Shown: positions 11,975 through 22,609, counted from the first letter of the whole stretch. The stretch is DNA of 61,458 nucleotides, filler included, from Hausera hauseri (GCA_046269625.1; 11 parts of 11 records of this genome joined end to end with filler, not necessarily neighbours in it); one strand, 5' to 3'. Program-made: numbers and translations. The notes: generated by a model not told the origin, from the sequence alone.

Positions 11975-13765
11975 TCATTTCTGTTCATTTTCGATGACTG
12001 GTAATTCTTTAGGTCGTGCCATTCGAGAAGTCATAGTTCGATGGAACCTGCTTAGAGTTGGAGCGTTCAGATCTTTTAAATTAACATTGATTGCCTCCTG
12101 GAATCGCCCGATCCATTCGGCCTTTGCTCGCTCTGTGCAAGGATCGCCTAAAATCGGCGAACGAGTCCATCGGATATTCCTGGCGACACCATCAATGGAA
12201 ATGTGCGGTATAAAAATTCTGTTAAAATCCGTTTTATTTTTAGTTGCGCAATGATCCATGTAGGCGAACGCCATACTCTGACTGTACTCACCGACTATTT
12301 CATTGTTGACAAGATCTAAATTGTACTTCAAGAACAGAGGCTAAGAGTTTCTTTATGCCCGACTGATAATTCTCCATGACGTGTTGAGAATGAGTTGTGC
12401 TGCCGAGTGTCATGTTCAGTAGACCACGAATGCCATTAATGCTTTTGTGGTCGCTGTCGTTAAATCTTACGTCAATACGGATATCCATGTCGTTGGACAG
12501 ATGCAAAGGTCGACCCTCAGAGTCAACACCTAATTCACATTGGGCTCCGGTGTATCTGGTGCGATGATGATCAGTGACAAGTTCTGCGGATGGAGTAAAA
12601 ATGAGGGCCATGAGAAGCCTAAGTCCGGGAATGTATGGCATTAGAGTACAGTTTCGTAACATTAAGTCGTTACCCTGTTTACCGGTAGTACATGACTGGA
12701 CACAACCGGCTACTAACAAAAGAGTCAAGTGAATTTGTGGTTCTGGTTCGATCAACATAGAACAGACAGAATCGGGAGCAATGCTAACGGGTCGTTTGCT
12801 AGACTCCGTGACACCGTGGAATTTCATCAAGAATGGATGGTGAGGTGCGCTCAACGTAACGCTTCCAATAGATCGCTTATGTTTAACTGACTGCATCAGT
12901 GTATTCAACTCATTCGTCGTGACAATGTCATCGTCCAGTTCATCAATGTCAATGTCCGATTCGCTATCGTTCAGTCCCAGGTTTTTTACGAATCTCGGTT
13001 TCGACGTTACTGTTTCGCCGGAAAACGAATCTATTTGTCGTTTATTGCTACACTTGACCCGCTGCACATTATCCTGTCGACTACTAAAACCTTCTTCAGC
13101 ATACTCGGCAATTCCCATGATTATGAGTTCTTCATTGAGTATTCGGTTGTTATGATTGGCCATGTGCACTCGCACTAGGACGACATTATCTACAACCAAA
13201 TAGACTTTACACCCAAGTGGTGTATTTATGTATTCATTTATATATTTGAAAAACACGTCCCGATCTTTACTAGTCCATGGGTCGTCGTTGTGACATGCAA
13301 CATTGAGTTTGATTTCACTGAGTGAAATTTCATGGCTAAGAAGGGGCAAATCTTCAACAGCCGTTTCGGTAGTTCATACGTATATATAGATCGTACACTG
13401 TACGTATTTCCGTAGTCGACAAAGTACACAGTTATCAAATTAGCCTTTTTCCCAATGATTTCTGCGCGATAGAATTCACTCTCAAACGGTGCTAGACAAT
13501 AGTCACTGATTTTCACTGAATTGAGTTTTTGTTTCTTTCTTGACAATACATAGTTGGCTATCTCAGAAAATAAGTCCTGTTCTTTCTCCTTATCGTCCTC
13601 ATATATACCATAGAATATTCCGCACTCCTTTTCATAAATGAAAAACACCCGCACGTAGTTGCATTCCACTTATGGATAACCGACGTGGGTCTTCGGTCCG
13701 GCAAGATATTTGTAATTCAATAGTAACAATTTGTTTTCTCGGATGTTTTGTGCATCGATTAGTTG
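11975..13765 (-). pseudogene. TDRD9: TDRD9/spindle-E (piRNA pathway helicase) C-terminal region with Tudor domain, frameshifted
   Basis: Tudor YCLAPFESEFYRAEI...VYFVDYGN, followed by spn-E-specific C-terminal motifs LMLRNCTLMPYIPGL..LMALIFTPSAEL..RYTGAQCELG..DMDIRIDVRF...INGIR. Frameshifts near 13300-13350 and 12310. Confidence 0.85.
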
Positions 13766-13865
13766 NNNNNNNNNNNNNNNNNNNNNNNNNNNNNNNNNNN
13801 NNNNNNNNNTTAATTAATTAANNNNNNNNNNNNNNNNNNNNNNNNNNNNNNNNNNNNNNNNNNNN
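13766..13865. other. Artificial contig spacer
   Basis: N44-TTAATTAATTAA-N44. Confidence 0.98.
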
Positions 13866-13964
13866 TTATCATTATTCTTATGACTATTTTTTTAAAGTTA
13901 CACGTATATTTATACTCGTTAATTGGGTTAATGAAAGAAGAACGGTAAAACAAAACAACAAAAT

Positions 13965-14369
13965 TTATTGATAATTAAAATGTGCTTCAGTTAAATGCCA
14001 AATCGGGCTTTTGATACCGGATTTTCCCTTGTATCCTTGAAATTTAATGTTCAGTCGACATTTTAAATCATCATCGTGTACATGAGACATTTCGCTACCG
14101 ATAAAGTCAAATAATTTCGTTTTCTGAGACGGTAAAACGACAGATTGCCGTTGCACGATCGTTTCGTTCAACTTTAAATCCACGTATAATTGAATCAGAG
14201 CTTCCGAAAGTTTATCCAAATTTTCACCCGAAAGCCGTTTTACACGACAGCTGTACTTGGGTGCGCATAGAGACACGGGATCATTCAGTGTAATCAGTAT
14301 GGGCGTTTGCAGAAAAGGCATCTTATACTTGCAAAAAATTCGTTTCGGTAAAATGTCTCTGTTTGGCAC
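13965..14369 (-). CDS. Polinton accessory protein, KSPIW family (possible OB-fold ssDNA-binding protein); degenerate N-terminal extension to about 14690
   Basis: C-terminal CRLNIKFQGYKGKSGIKSPIWHLTEA; homologs at 19683-20173 and about 21990-22324. Fold is inference. Confidence 0.55.
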   Translation of the reverse strand: MPNRDILPKRIFCKYKMPFLQTPILITLNDPVSLCAPKYSCRVKRLSGENLDKLSEALIQLYVDLKLNETIVQRQSVVLPSQKTKLFDFIGSEMSHVHDDDLKCRLNIKFQGYKGKSGIKSPIWHLTEAHFNYQ

Positions 14370-14755
14370 GACGGTTTTGATTTTCCTTTACGCATTGTAA
14401 TGATTGCATTTTGCATTTTTAACGTCGATTTTGCTGCTGCTAATTTCTGAGCAGGTTCCTTTTTCGTTCCCAGATAATCGCCCTGCAGACAATTGCCATT
14501 AGAAGGTTTCTATAATTGTTGGACAGGTTCCGTTTTCGTTTCCAGCAATTTGACATTAGAATTATCCTTTTTGTATTTAAGCGACCAGGACCAATCTGAT
14601 GTTTCATCATTCGCACAAGCATCATTGAGTATAATCGTTTTGTCGTCGTTGTCTTTAATGGCAGTAATGTGTGAATGAGCAGGAGAATGCTATTTATAGT
14701 TTGTTGTGCAATGTACATTATTTTAATTCACTAAAACATTTATGTGGTTTTTAAT

Positions 14756-15187
14756 TTAATTAATAATCGGTTCATAGTCCATTGTCCGAAAACCGAGTAG
14801 AACAATTTTTCCGCTGATAAACACAATGATACAAAGTGGGCGAAAAGATGTAAGTCTCACTGCAAAAAACAGTTCGGGTTCATACGTACATTCAGTGGCC
14901 ATTGCTAATTTGTACAGATTGATTGTTTGGTAGTCTAAATGAGTCATTACTGTTATTGATTGAATTTGGTCAATGACAATTCTGAATGGTAGTAGTTTAC
15001 TGTTACTGTTGTCAGCTGTGATGTGTTTGCGACAACCCATAATACGACACTTTCCCGATCGAAATATAATGTATGTAAAATCCGGTGGACAATTGAAGAT
15101 ATACTGCCTCGGCTTCAATTGATAAAAAGGTAGTGTGTTAATGTCACACTCGGTAACATGTCCGCGATAGTTAATATTAGTTAACAT
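14756..15187 (-). CDS. TATA-box-binding protein (TBP)-like protein, divergent, intronless, Polinton-encoded
   Basis: Two TBP half-repeats: LTNINYRG...YIIFRSGKCRIMGC and IQSITVMTHL...INLYKLA...YEPELFFAV...IIVFISGKIVLLG. Open frame of 143 aa from ATG 15187 (track ORF 14756-15253). Confidence 0.85.
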   Translation of the reverse strand: MLTNINYRGHVTECDINTLPFYQLKPRQYIFNCPPDFTYIIFRSGKCRIMGCRKHITADNSNSKLLPFRIVIDQIQSITVMTHLDYQTINLYKLAMATECTYEPELFFAVRLTSFRPLCIIVFISGKIVLLGFRTMDYEPIIN

Positions 15188-15294
15188 TATGGAAACAGTA
15201 TTTATACTATAACTGTTTACATATATCCGTATTTGTAACACGATTATAAACAAATCATGTGAGGAAAAGATGTACTATTATGATTATTATTTAG

Positions 15295-15966
15295 ATGAAG
15301 ATGCAGAATGATGCCATTTCCCAGACTGTAGGCCCCAGTGGAAATGTCAAAACACACTTTGTTTGTAAACTATTGCAGAACGACCGTGACCTGTTTCATT
15401 CACCGCGGTACAATCACATATACTGGCATCAGAGTGTTGGTGATGATGGTGAGTCCGGTTTGACAGATGGGGAATTTTGCAAATTAAAATCGATAACGGT
15501 AATTGATGGGTTTGATAAGAACTGGTCAGAGATATTACGCAACGGTGACGTTATTGTCATTGACGATTTATTTCAAGAGGCAACCAAATAGTCGGATTTC
15601 AACAACCTGTTCACGAAGATTGCACGACACCGTGGTGTGACGGTTATTTTCCTTACGCAAAACATGTTCCATCACGGCGGACAGCATCGAACAAAAAATC
15701 TAAACGTACACTATTTGGTGTTGTTCAAAAATCCCCGTGATCAGACTATCACTGATTATGTTGTACGACAAGCATTTCCTCACAATCGAGCCTACTTGAC
15801 AGATGCATATCATGATGATACGATCGAACCACACGGATACTTGTTCATCGATTTTAAACAACAGTTTTCCGATAACATGCGTGTACGAAAAAACATTTTC
15901 AGTCAGAAAAGTGTATGTGTCTACAAACAAATTCTAAAAATTGACGACACAATAATGATAAAATGA
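15295..15966 (+). pseudogene. A32/FtsK-like DNA packaging ATPase (Polinton), internal stop at 15589-15591
   Basis: Walker A GPSGNVKT (degenerate), Walker B VIVIDDL, VIFLTQN, LVLFKNPRD, PHGYLFID. Confidence 0.9.
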
Positions 15967-16196
15967 AGAATTTCCGAAAAACAATTCTTAAACGTAAACT
16001 TACCAAGCGGGAGCGCGGCAAGAAATGTGTGTCAAAACGAACCGCTACAGTCAAGCGATTAATCAATTCTATGCTTTGAACAACAACAACAACAAAAGCA
16101 GCAGCAGCTAAACGCAAATTACCATCAAAGTGGCAACGGTTATATACAACTACGTCTCATCACATCAATACGTCCAAAAATGCTATTCAAACGTAG
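15963..16196 (+). pseudogene. Small K/R-rich basic protein (possible core/DNA-condensing protein), internal stop
   Basis: MKNFRKTILKRKLTKRERGKK...KRKLPSKWQRL; ATG overlaps the ATPase stop. Confidence 0.4.
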
Positions 16197-16503
16197 TCAG
16201 CTGTACTTTATTGCTTTGCTCAAGGCACCTACGAGACGTAAGCGAAACATCCTACGATCATTTCCGCAATTTGTAGTAGACGATTTGATGGAAATTTTAT
16301 ATGACATCGTTGTGGGCCACGTTGACATTGGTAGTGGAAAGCGGAATTTACTAAAGTATCGCAAACGACTCATTTGTCTTGCCAACGCCCGTAGTAAACG
16401 ACTAAAGCGAGAGGTCATGTACCAGCAATACGGCGGATTCCTGGGTGAAATTCTACCGACTGCCACGTCATTACTGGGTGGACTCATTGGTTCTGCAGCA
16501 TAG
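16180..16503 (+). CDS. Conserved Polinton/adintovirus small virion protein with QxGGFL motif and amphipathic C-terminal tail
   Basis: LMEILYDIVVGHV...QQYGGFLGEILPTATSLLGGL, the typical small ORF downstream of the Polinton ATPase. Confidence 0.7.
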   Translation: MLFKRSQLYFIALLKAPTRRKRNILRSFPQFVVDDLMEILYDIVVGHVDIGSGKRNLLKYRKRLICLANARSKRLKREVMYQQYGGFLGEILPTATSLLGGLIGSAA

Positions 16504-16647
16504 TATAAACAATGACGGTAAGCATATGATGATTCGGCGATATAAGTGCATGGTTTTCATCATTTTGCCCCAGTTTACCGAATCTTTCATTTACGTTTCC
16601 TTCACATAGTTGTAATTCAAGCAAAACCGACACCATCGACGACAACG

Positions 16648-17688
16648 ATGGGCGACGTGCGGTTCGATCCGCGTCATCCTGCCGGGTATACTGGCGTCAA
16701 CAAACTGGCAAAGACTGTCAAACAGACTCGGCAACAGACCCAACGTTGGCTCGCGAAACAGTTAGCATACAGCCTAAGCAAACCGATAAGAACGTGGCTT
16801 CAAACTCGTGCATACCGTGCTGCCGATGTAAATAATGTATGGCAAATGGATCTGATGGAAATGAATCCGTACTCCAGCATCAATGATGGGTATCGGTACG
16901 AGCTGACATGCTTTGATATGTTTAGTCGTTTTTCACGTGAAATTGCTGTGAAATCTAAATCCGGTAAAGAGATTGCTGACTCTGTTCAGACACAGATACA
17001 GCAACAACAACCGACACATTTACAAACGGATTTTTGTCAGGAATTCTACAACACTTACGTTGCAGTGGTCTTGAAACGGTTCGGCGTACACCACTACTCG
17101 GTGTTTTCCCAATACAAGGCTGCACCCTTTAAACGATTTAATCAAACATTGCGCGGTCGTCTAAATAAATTTTTTACGAAGCAAGGCAACAAACGCTTGG
17201 TAGATGTACTGCCGAATATTATTCATGCATACAATCATTCAACACATCATGGCATCAATAAATTACGTCCGGTTGACGTAATTGATTATTTGGATATGTG
17301 GCTTTATCAAAACCGAAAACAACAACGACAATGACAACAGGCAATTAAACGCCCAAAATATGAAATCAATGCTTACGTACGTATTTCAAAAATACGTACG
17401 ACGCCATTCATTAAAAATTTCAGTCAGAAGTGGAGTGATGAGGTTTTACGCATTTCAGCAATCAACACAAAACAAACACCTGTCGTGTACGTTTTAAAGG
17501 ATTAAAACAGTGAAGAAATACGCCGTACATTCTACAAACAGGAACCGCAGGTACTGCTCTAGAAATCCGACCTATATCGTATTCAGGAAATTCTACGTTC
17601 ACGTGGCAAAGGTTCAAATAAACAATATCTCGTCAAGTGGCACGTATACACTGCACCGAGTTGGATTTTTGCATCACAAATTCAATGA
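16648..17688 (+). pseudogene. Polinton retroviral-like (rve) integrase with C-terminal chromodomain
   Basis: FDPRHPAGYTG, WQMDL, FDMFSRF, LQTDFCQEF, FKRFNQTL (catalytic E appears as K), YNHSTH. Downstream frames give YVRISK..QKWSDEV and YRIQEILRSRGKGSNKQYLVKW. Confidence 0.9.
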
Positions 17689-18378
17689 GCATCAGCATTT
17701 ACTTAGTACTAGGTAGTAACAGATCATTATCACAACATGACGACAATGAAAATACTTCTAAACAGTTTACCATGCACTTAGACCAACCCATCGATTTACG
17801 CCAGGGAGCCTGGGAAGTGGCTTTGACGGAATTCACATTTACATTTTCACCAATGATAATACGTCAGAACAGTTGTATTTACTTTATCCAACAATAACGA
17901 ACCTTATTTCAAGTCGTTTGTGGACAATCCGACACAATAACCGTTATACTCTTCGCAATTATTGGCGACAACATTTCTCGGTTTGTGCTTATTTTCAAAC
18001 TACCGTATGAAACTAATGCACCAAAATCTCATTAAAATGCAGTTTATTTCTATAGCTGATGCTGCGGCATGGGTTTTTCAACCAGTCAATGTACATTCAA
18101 AAGTCTACATTTTAATGGACTTAACCGAATCCGTACTAGTTGGTGGAGAACGTAAACAATTGCTGGCTTCTATCGAACTGGATTCTGACATGTACAAATC
18201 ATTATCATCGGATGAAACTGTTCGCGTTTTTATGTTCAGACCCATGTACTTATCACTGTCTCACAATATTGTGCACAGTATTTCCGTGTATATGCTTGAT
18301 GAATTTTGGGAACCCATTAAATGTCTGTTCGAGTCAACGACACATTTGACGTTACATTTTCGACATCGTCGTCGATAA
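17685..18378 (+). pseudogene. Penton-like minor capsid protein 1 (frameshifted)
   Basis: IYLVLGSN...FTMHLDQPIDLRQGAWEVALTEF; VYILMDLTESVLVGG..QLL; PMYLSL...ISVYMLDEFWEPI...THLTLHFRHR. Confidence 0.75.
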
Positions 18379-18420
18379 TAAACAAACTGCATCATCATCA
18401 TCGTCACCATTATCAAGATC

Positions 18421-19166
18421 ATGAGTATTTACACGGTGTTGCCGAGCAACAGTTGTTCGACGACTCGTCCGAACAATTCAACCAGTTAATACGTTGTAGA
18501 TGGGAACAATCCTTTGGCTTTATCTAGAAAATGGGAGGTTGCAGAGACGGAATTTAACTTTCCTAACGCACCGGTGACATTGAAAAGTAGTATGAAAATA
18601 ACGTACAACAAAACTGTTACTGAAACCAAATCACATTCTCGTCCTCTGACACTTACTTCAATAAAATAACAGTTGGAGAATCGGCCATTTGCACGACCGA
18701 AGCAAATTACGGCTCACACATCAAAATTTGTGTTTTCATTTTAGATCAAAACTTACATTTTATTACAGATTTTGAATTTATTGTAACTTTGAGTCCTCTG
18801 AGATGGCGCAGAAATTTGGATTCAAAAATACAGAGTACAAAGGTAAACATATAAAAAGTGAATATGTAGTTGGTCAAAGATTAAGTCCCTTATATTACCA
18901 GACAATGGTAATGTCTGTTGCGAATCTGTGTCACATCTCTGTCAACACTTCTTCAAATCAAAAGTACAAGGTTATTGTGGACATTTCACTGGACAAAGAG
19001 TTGGCCATGGTATTGGGTTTTGACAAACAGCGGTTTGAGGCATAGACGGCGGTTGCGGTACATGGTGCAACAGCTAAACCCAAACTGAAAACTGGTCTAA
19101 GTAAATGTACATTTACGTGAACGCCACCGAACCGATTTTGGTCGGCAGAGTACGTGTATCGCTACT
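18421..19166 (+). pseudogene. Penton-like minor capsid protein 2, interrupted by a terminal repeat
   Basis: MSIYTVLPSNS...KWEVAETEFNFP; LAMVLGF; MYIYVNATEPILVGRVRVSLL, then an abrupt junction. Confidence 0.7.
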
Positions 19167-19582
19167 AGTAGTGAGAAAATGGCGGTTCTGCCCCAGCCCC
19201 CGGGGAGGGGTAATCAATAAATCGATTTTGCACATGTCCCAATCGATAGTGCACACTGTGCACTATCGATCCATAAAGTGCCTAGCAACGGTGCCGCTAG
19301 GCACCCTTGCTAAGGGCACTTTTGCACTTTTTGCTTATCGATCGCTGCACAGTGCAGTATTGATCGAGTCGATCGGGACAAAGTGCTAATCGATAGAGCA
19401 CATCAAGGCGCATCGATTGGTATACAGTGCAAATGTGCAGCACATGTGCAAGTGTGCAAAAATCAATAATATTGGATTTTCGAGTATTCAAAAATCGATC
19501 GTTGGGGCTTGAGACCGGGTGCAATCGCAAGTGCACTTGATGTTGTATATGAATGTGCAGTTAGAATTTAAATCGATTGATT
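19164..19582 (+). repeat. Hairpin/palindrome-rich terminal repeat of a DNA element (Polinton TIR starting AGTAGT, or Helitron 3' end)
   Basis: Starts (CT)AGTAGTGAGAAAATGG; perfect 14-bp-stem hairpin at 19242-19270; many ATCGAT/GTGCAC palindromes; inverted homolog at about 43380-43716. Confidence 0.7.
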
Positions 19583-19682
19583 NNNNNNNNNNNNNNNNNN
19601 NNNNNNNNNNNNNNNNNNNNNNNNNNTTAATTAATTAANNNNNNNNNNNNNNNNNNNNNNNNNNNNNNNNNNNNNNNNNNNN
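19583..19682. other. Artificial contig spacer
   Basis: N44-TTAATTAATTAA-N44. Confidence 0.98.
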
Positions 19683-20173
19683 GAAAATAGAACCTGTCCA
19701 ACAATTAGAAAAGCCTAAATTAAAACGACAAGCGCGAATGACTAATGGAATACAGAAACGAAAGTTAAAGCCCACGCATCAAACACCGACATTTTTACCG
19801 ACGCGACGTTTTCGAAAGTATGAAATGCTTTATATGTAAACGCCCGTACAGATTTCGTTGAATGATCCGGTGTTCTTGACCACACCCAAGTACAGTTATC
19901 GTGTAAAGTAGATAACGAGTGAAAATGTTGCGAAACTTGGTTATACTTTAAGTCAATTAAACATGGACTTAAAGTTGAACGAAACAGCCTTACAATAGCA
20001 ATATGTTCTATCGGCCGCAAAATCTGAACTCATTGATTTTATCCGTCGTGAAATGTCTAATGTGCCCGACGACCTAGTGTCGACTCAACATTGAATTTCA
20101 GGAATACAAAGAAAAGGACGGTGTCAAAAGCCCGATTTGGCGTTTATCCGAAGCACTTTTTGATTATAAATAA
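19683..20173 (+). pseudogene. KSPIW-family protein, counterpart of 13965-14369, with stops and a frameshift
   Basis: KYEMLYM*TPVQISLNDPVFLTTPKYSYRVK*...DLKLNETALQ...CRLNIEFQEYKEKDGVKSPIWRLSEA. Confidence 0.75.
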
Positions 20174-20244
20174 ATGCTGTTGTTGTTTTAATTCTCTTCT
20201 TCGACAATGAGTATAAATATACATGTGTAATGGGATTGTGTAAT

Positions 20245-20482
20245 GGGGACTGACGGTTGTGGGTGGTGCCATTGATTCAGACTTTTGTGGTGAAATGAAG
20301 GTGTTGCTGGAAAACCAATCCGGCGAACCGTATGCTTTTTCGAAAGGCAGTGCAATCGCACAAATCGTTTTTCATCGATGTGAAGAGGTGAATTCATTGT
20401 AATGTCACCGGAACAATTGGGATTGTGTTGTGTCAATGAAGCAACACGAAATGAACGCAAAGAATTTGGCTTTGGTGATATG
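20245..20482 (+). pseudogene. dUTPase fragment
   Basis: GLTVVGGAIDSDFCGEMKVLLEN (motif 3), KGSAIAQIVF (motif 4), RNERKEFGFG (motif 5 remnant). Confidence 0.75.
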
Positions 20483-20580
20483 GAAAAAACGACTTATGTC
20501 CAGTGATTTTTGATAATAATAATAATAATAGTTGTTTTGTTTGTGTTATAAACAAAAAATGATTCTGTACATGACAAGTA

Positions 20581-20964
20581 ATGGCGACAGGATTTATAGA
20601 TATTGAAGCTTTCCAAGATGGTAATGCCCGGTACCTGATAAAGGAATTATGCGTTATGGACGTCGTCATGGACACTTGGTACGAAGGCAATTAAAGGTTT
20701 TGCGTATCATGTAACATGCGAGACATTTGTGATCGTTTTTACATTGAAAATATAATATTTTACATTGAAGATCAAATTGCCGGACAAAAGTTTACACAAC
20801 TACATTCACACTTTCCCGAGTTGCTAATGACGAGGTATTCAACATCGAACAGCTCGCTGGCGATGATATCTGACAATATTAGATGTCCGTATCGTGATCA
20901 TTGATCGCATTGTGCTTACAAAAAATGTCTACGGCTTTGTATTGACTATATTTCATGCAAATAA
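20581..20964 (+). pseudogene. DEDD-like exonuclease-family protein typical of Polintons, internal stops and deletion
   Basis: GFIDIEAFQ....YLIKELCV, TWYEG, C-terminal CPYRDH*SHCAYKKC. Confidence 0.6.
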
Positions 20965-21067
20965 ATAAATGTATTTCTCTATTTCTTTCCGTAAATAAGG
21001 TCCGCCGTATTGGTCAGTTGAATAATTCAAAAATTATAAATACGAGTAGGAAATAATATTAATCATC

Positions 21068-21541
21068 ATGGAAATAGTTAATCAATTGAAGCAATTGCAA
21101 AACTTTGATGCATTGCCAATTTCAGACTCGGTACGATGGGTGCAAGTACTTGATAGTGAGCTGGTTGCGAGAGCCGCAGGAGAAATTGGATTTAAAGAAG
21201 ATTTTGCGTCAATAGCCTTGATGATAGCAACAGATTGTAACTCTATAGGAAATCTAATTATTGTGTTAAATCAAATGTACATTCACGGATTGTATGATAC
21301 AAATTACTTTAATACTGCTGAAAAGGTACGCGGTGAATTAATGAACTTGAAAGAGAAAATAATGGACAAAGTACGAAACTGTCAGTTGATGTGTATACTA
21401 TGTAAACAAAGAAAAGTGGAGACGATGTTCTTAATGTGTGGCCATCTCGTTGTTTGTCAAATGTGTTCCACCAAAGTAACCCACCAATGTCCAGAATGTA
21501 AATGTGTTATAATGGAAATTGTACACATTTATTACGTATGA
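21068..21541 (+). CDS. RING finger (IAP-type C3HC4) protein, putative E3 ubiquitin ligase
   Basis: CILCKQRKVETMFLMCGHLVVCQMCSTKVTHQCPECK; intact 157-aa ORF with TATAAATA about 30 nt upstream. Confidence 0.85.
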   Translation: MEIVNQLKQLQNFDALPISDSVRWVQVLDSELVARAAGEIGFKEDFASIALMIATDCNSIGNLIIVLNQMYIHGLYDTNYFNTAEKVRGELMNLKEKIMDKVRNCQLMCILCKQRKVETMFLMCGHLVVCQMCSTKVTHQCPECKCVIMEIVHIYYV

Positions 21542-21706
21542 GCGGAGACGGGGTGGTAATTTGCATTATTCTGATGAGACAATACTTACAAAGTAAATAT
21601 CTCTGGTTTACAATGAAATATTACGAATGACATTTATTACGAATGACTTCAATAATGGGACGAAACAGTGTTAAGGGCTTCAATGACGTGGAGGTAATTT
21701 TAACTA

Positions 21707-21967
21707 TTATGTATCATTGTGATTAGACAATATGTATAATTGTGATATGAGGCAATACTCACAAAGTAAATGTCTATTATTTACAATGAATACAAACCGG
21801 TATGGACAAATCGGATATAAATAGAGATGCAATTTCAGTTCACGTTTGTCTTCTTTAAACAATGTCTTTGGAAAACAATTCAGGAGGTGATAGTCCACGA
21901 GTCTCTCAAAAAAGCCACGGTACAGCGAATATTCGCTCAGAAATTTCCGATTGTATAATGGATACAA
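21707..21967 (-). CDS. Small Cys-containing hypothetical protein, with partial tandem duplicate at about 21550-21650
   Basis: ICPY...LLCEYCLI; duplicated segment reads YLLCKYCLI. Confidence 0.35.
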   Translation of the reverse strand: MYPLYNRKFLSEYSLYRGFFERLVDYHLLNCFPKTLFKEDKRELKLHLYLYPICPYRFVFIVNNRHLLCEYCLISQLYILSNHNDT

Positions 21968-21989
21968 CTTACATTGTCTGCCGAACGCT

Positions 21990-22324
21990 ATTTAATTGCC
22001 ATTGACACAAACGGTCAAAATCAAAGCAGTGAAATATGGTCTATTGATGAAAAAGATCAGCGACCATTATTTGGATTTAATGGAAGAAACAATTAGAAAA
22101 AGTTGGCAGTGATTTGGTGTTGAGTAACGATATCCGAGACACATCGTCGATTTTTCTCAAAGGAAATATGGCCAAAATTATCATTTCACATAGGGGAGAA
22201 GCAGCAGCAGTTTTGGTACCGGAAGGAGCTAAAGGCTACCTGACACTGAAGCTCAAAGGATTCAAGGAAAGGAGCGGCGTCAAATCCCCAATATGAAAAA
22301 TGGGCTAGTTTACTATGATTTAAC
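21990..22324 (+). pseudogene. Second, diverged KSPIW-family paralog
   Basis: GYLTLKLKGFKERSGVKSPI*K aligns with CRLNIKFQGYKGKSGIKSPIWH. Confidence 0.55.
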
Positions 22325-22609
22325 TGACTTACTTTGTGTTTTTGTGATTTTAGTTTTTCTCCGATCAATAAACAAATGTATTCATGTTACATATTTTGTT
22401 TTCTCGTGCAAGATTATTGTTTTACTTTTACTTCTATCTTAATAATAATAGGTTATGTAAGTAACCGAAAACAAAACACAAAAGACACTGAGGAAAATAC
22501 GTTATTGAAATATAAAAAACAATATACATTGGATAATTGTCGATGATTGTTACAGTAACTGAATTGAACTGAACTGAATCGACAGATCACCGACTGTTTG
22601 GACGTGCGT

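Larger units (their letters stand above)
13866..19166. mobile_element. Polinton/Maverick (adintovirus-like) element, fragment A
   Basis: Compact intronless cluster of packaging ATPase, QxGGFL protein, rve integrase-chromodomain and two penton-like genes, plus TBP-like and unknown genes. Confidence 0.9.

Noticed and set aside
19297-19536. Similar small ORFs at 19297-19536 and 43517-43714 as a conserved protein
   Set aside because: The similarity comes from the shared non-coding palindromic repeat; frames are not conserved end to end.
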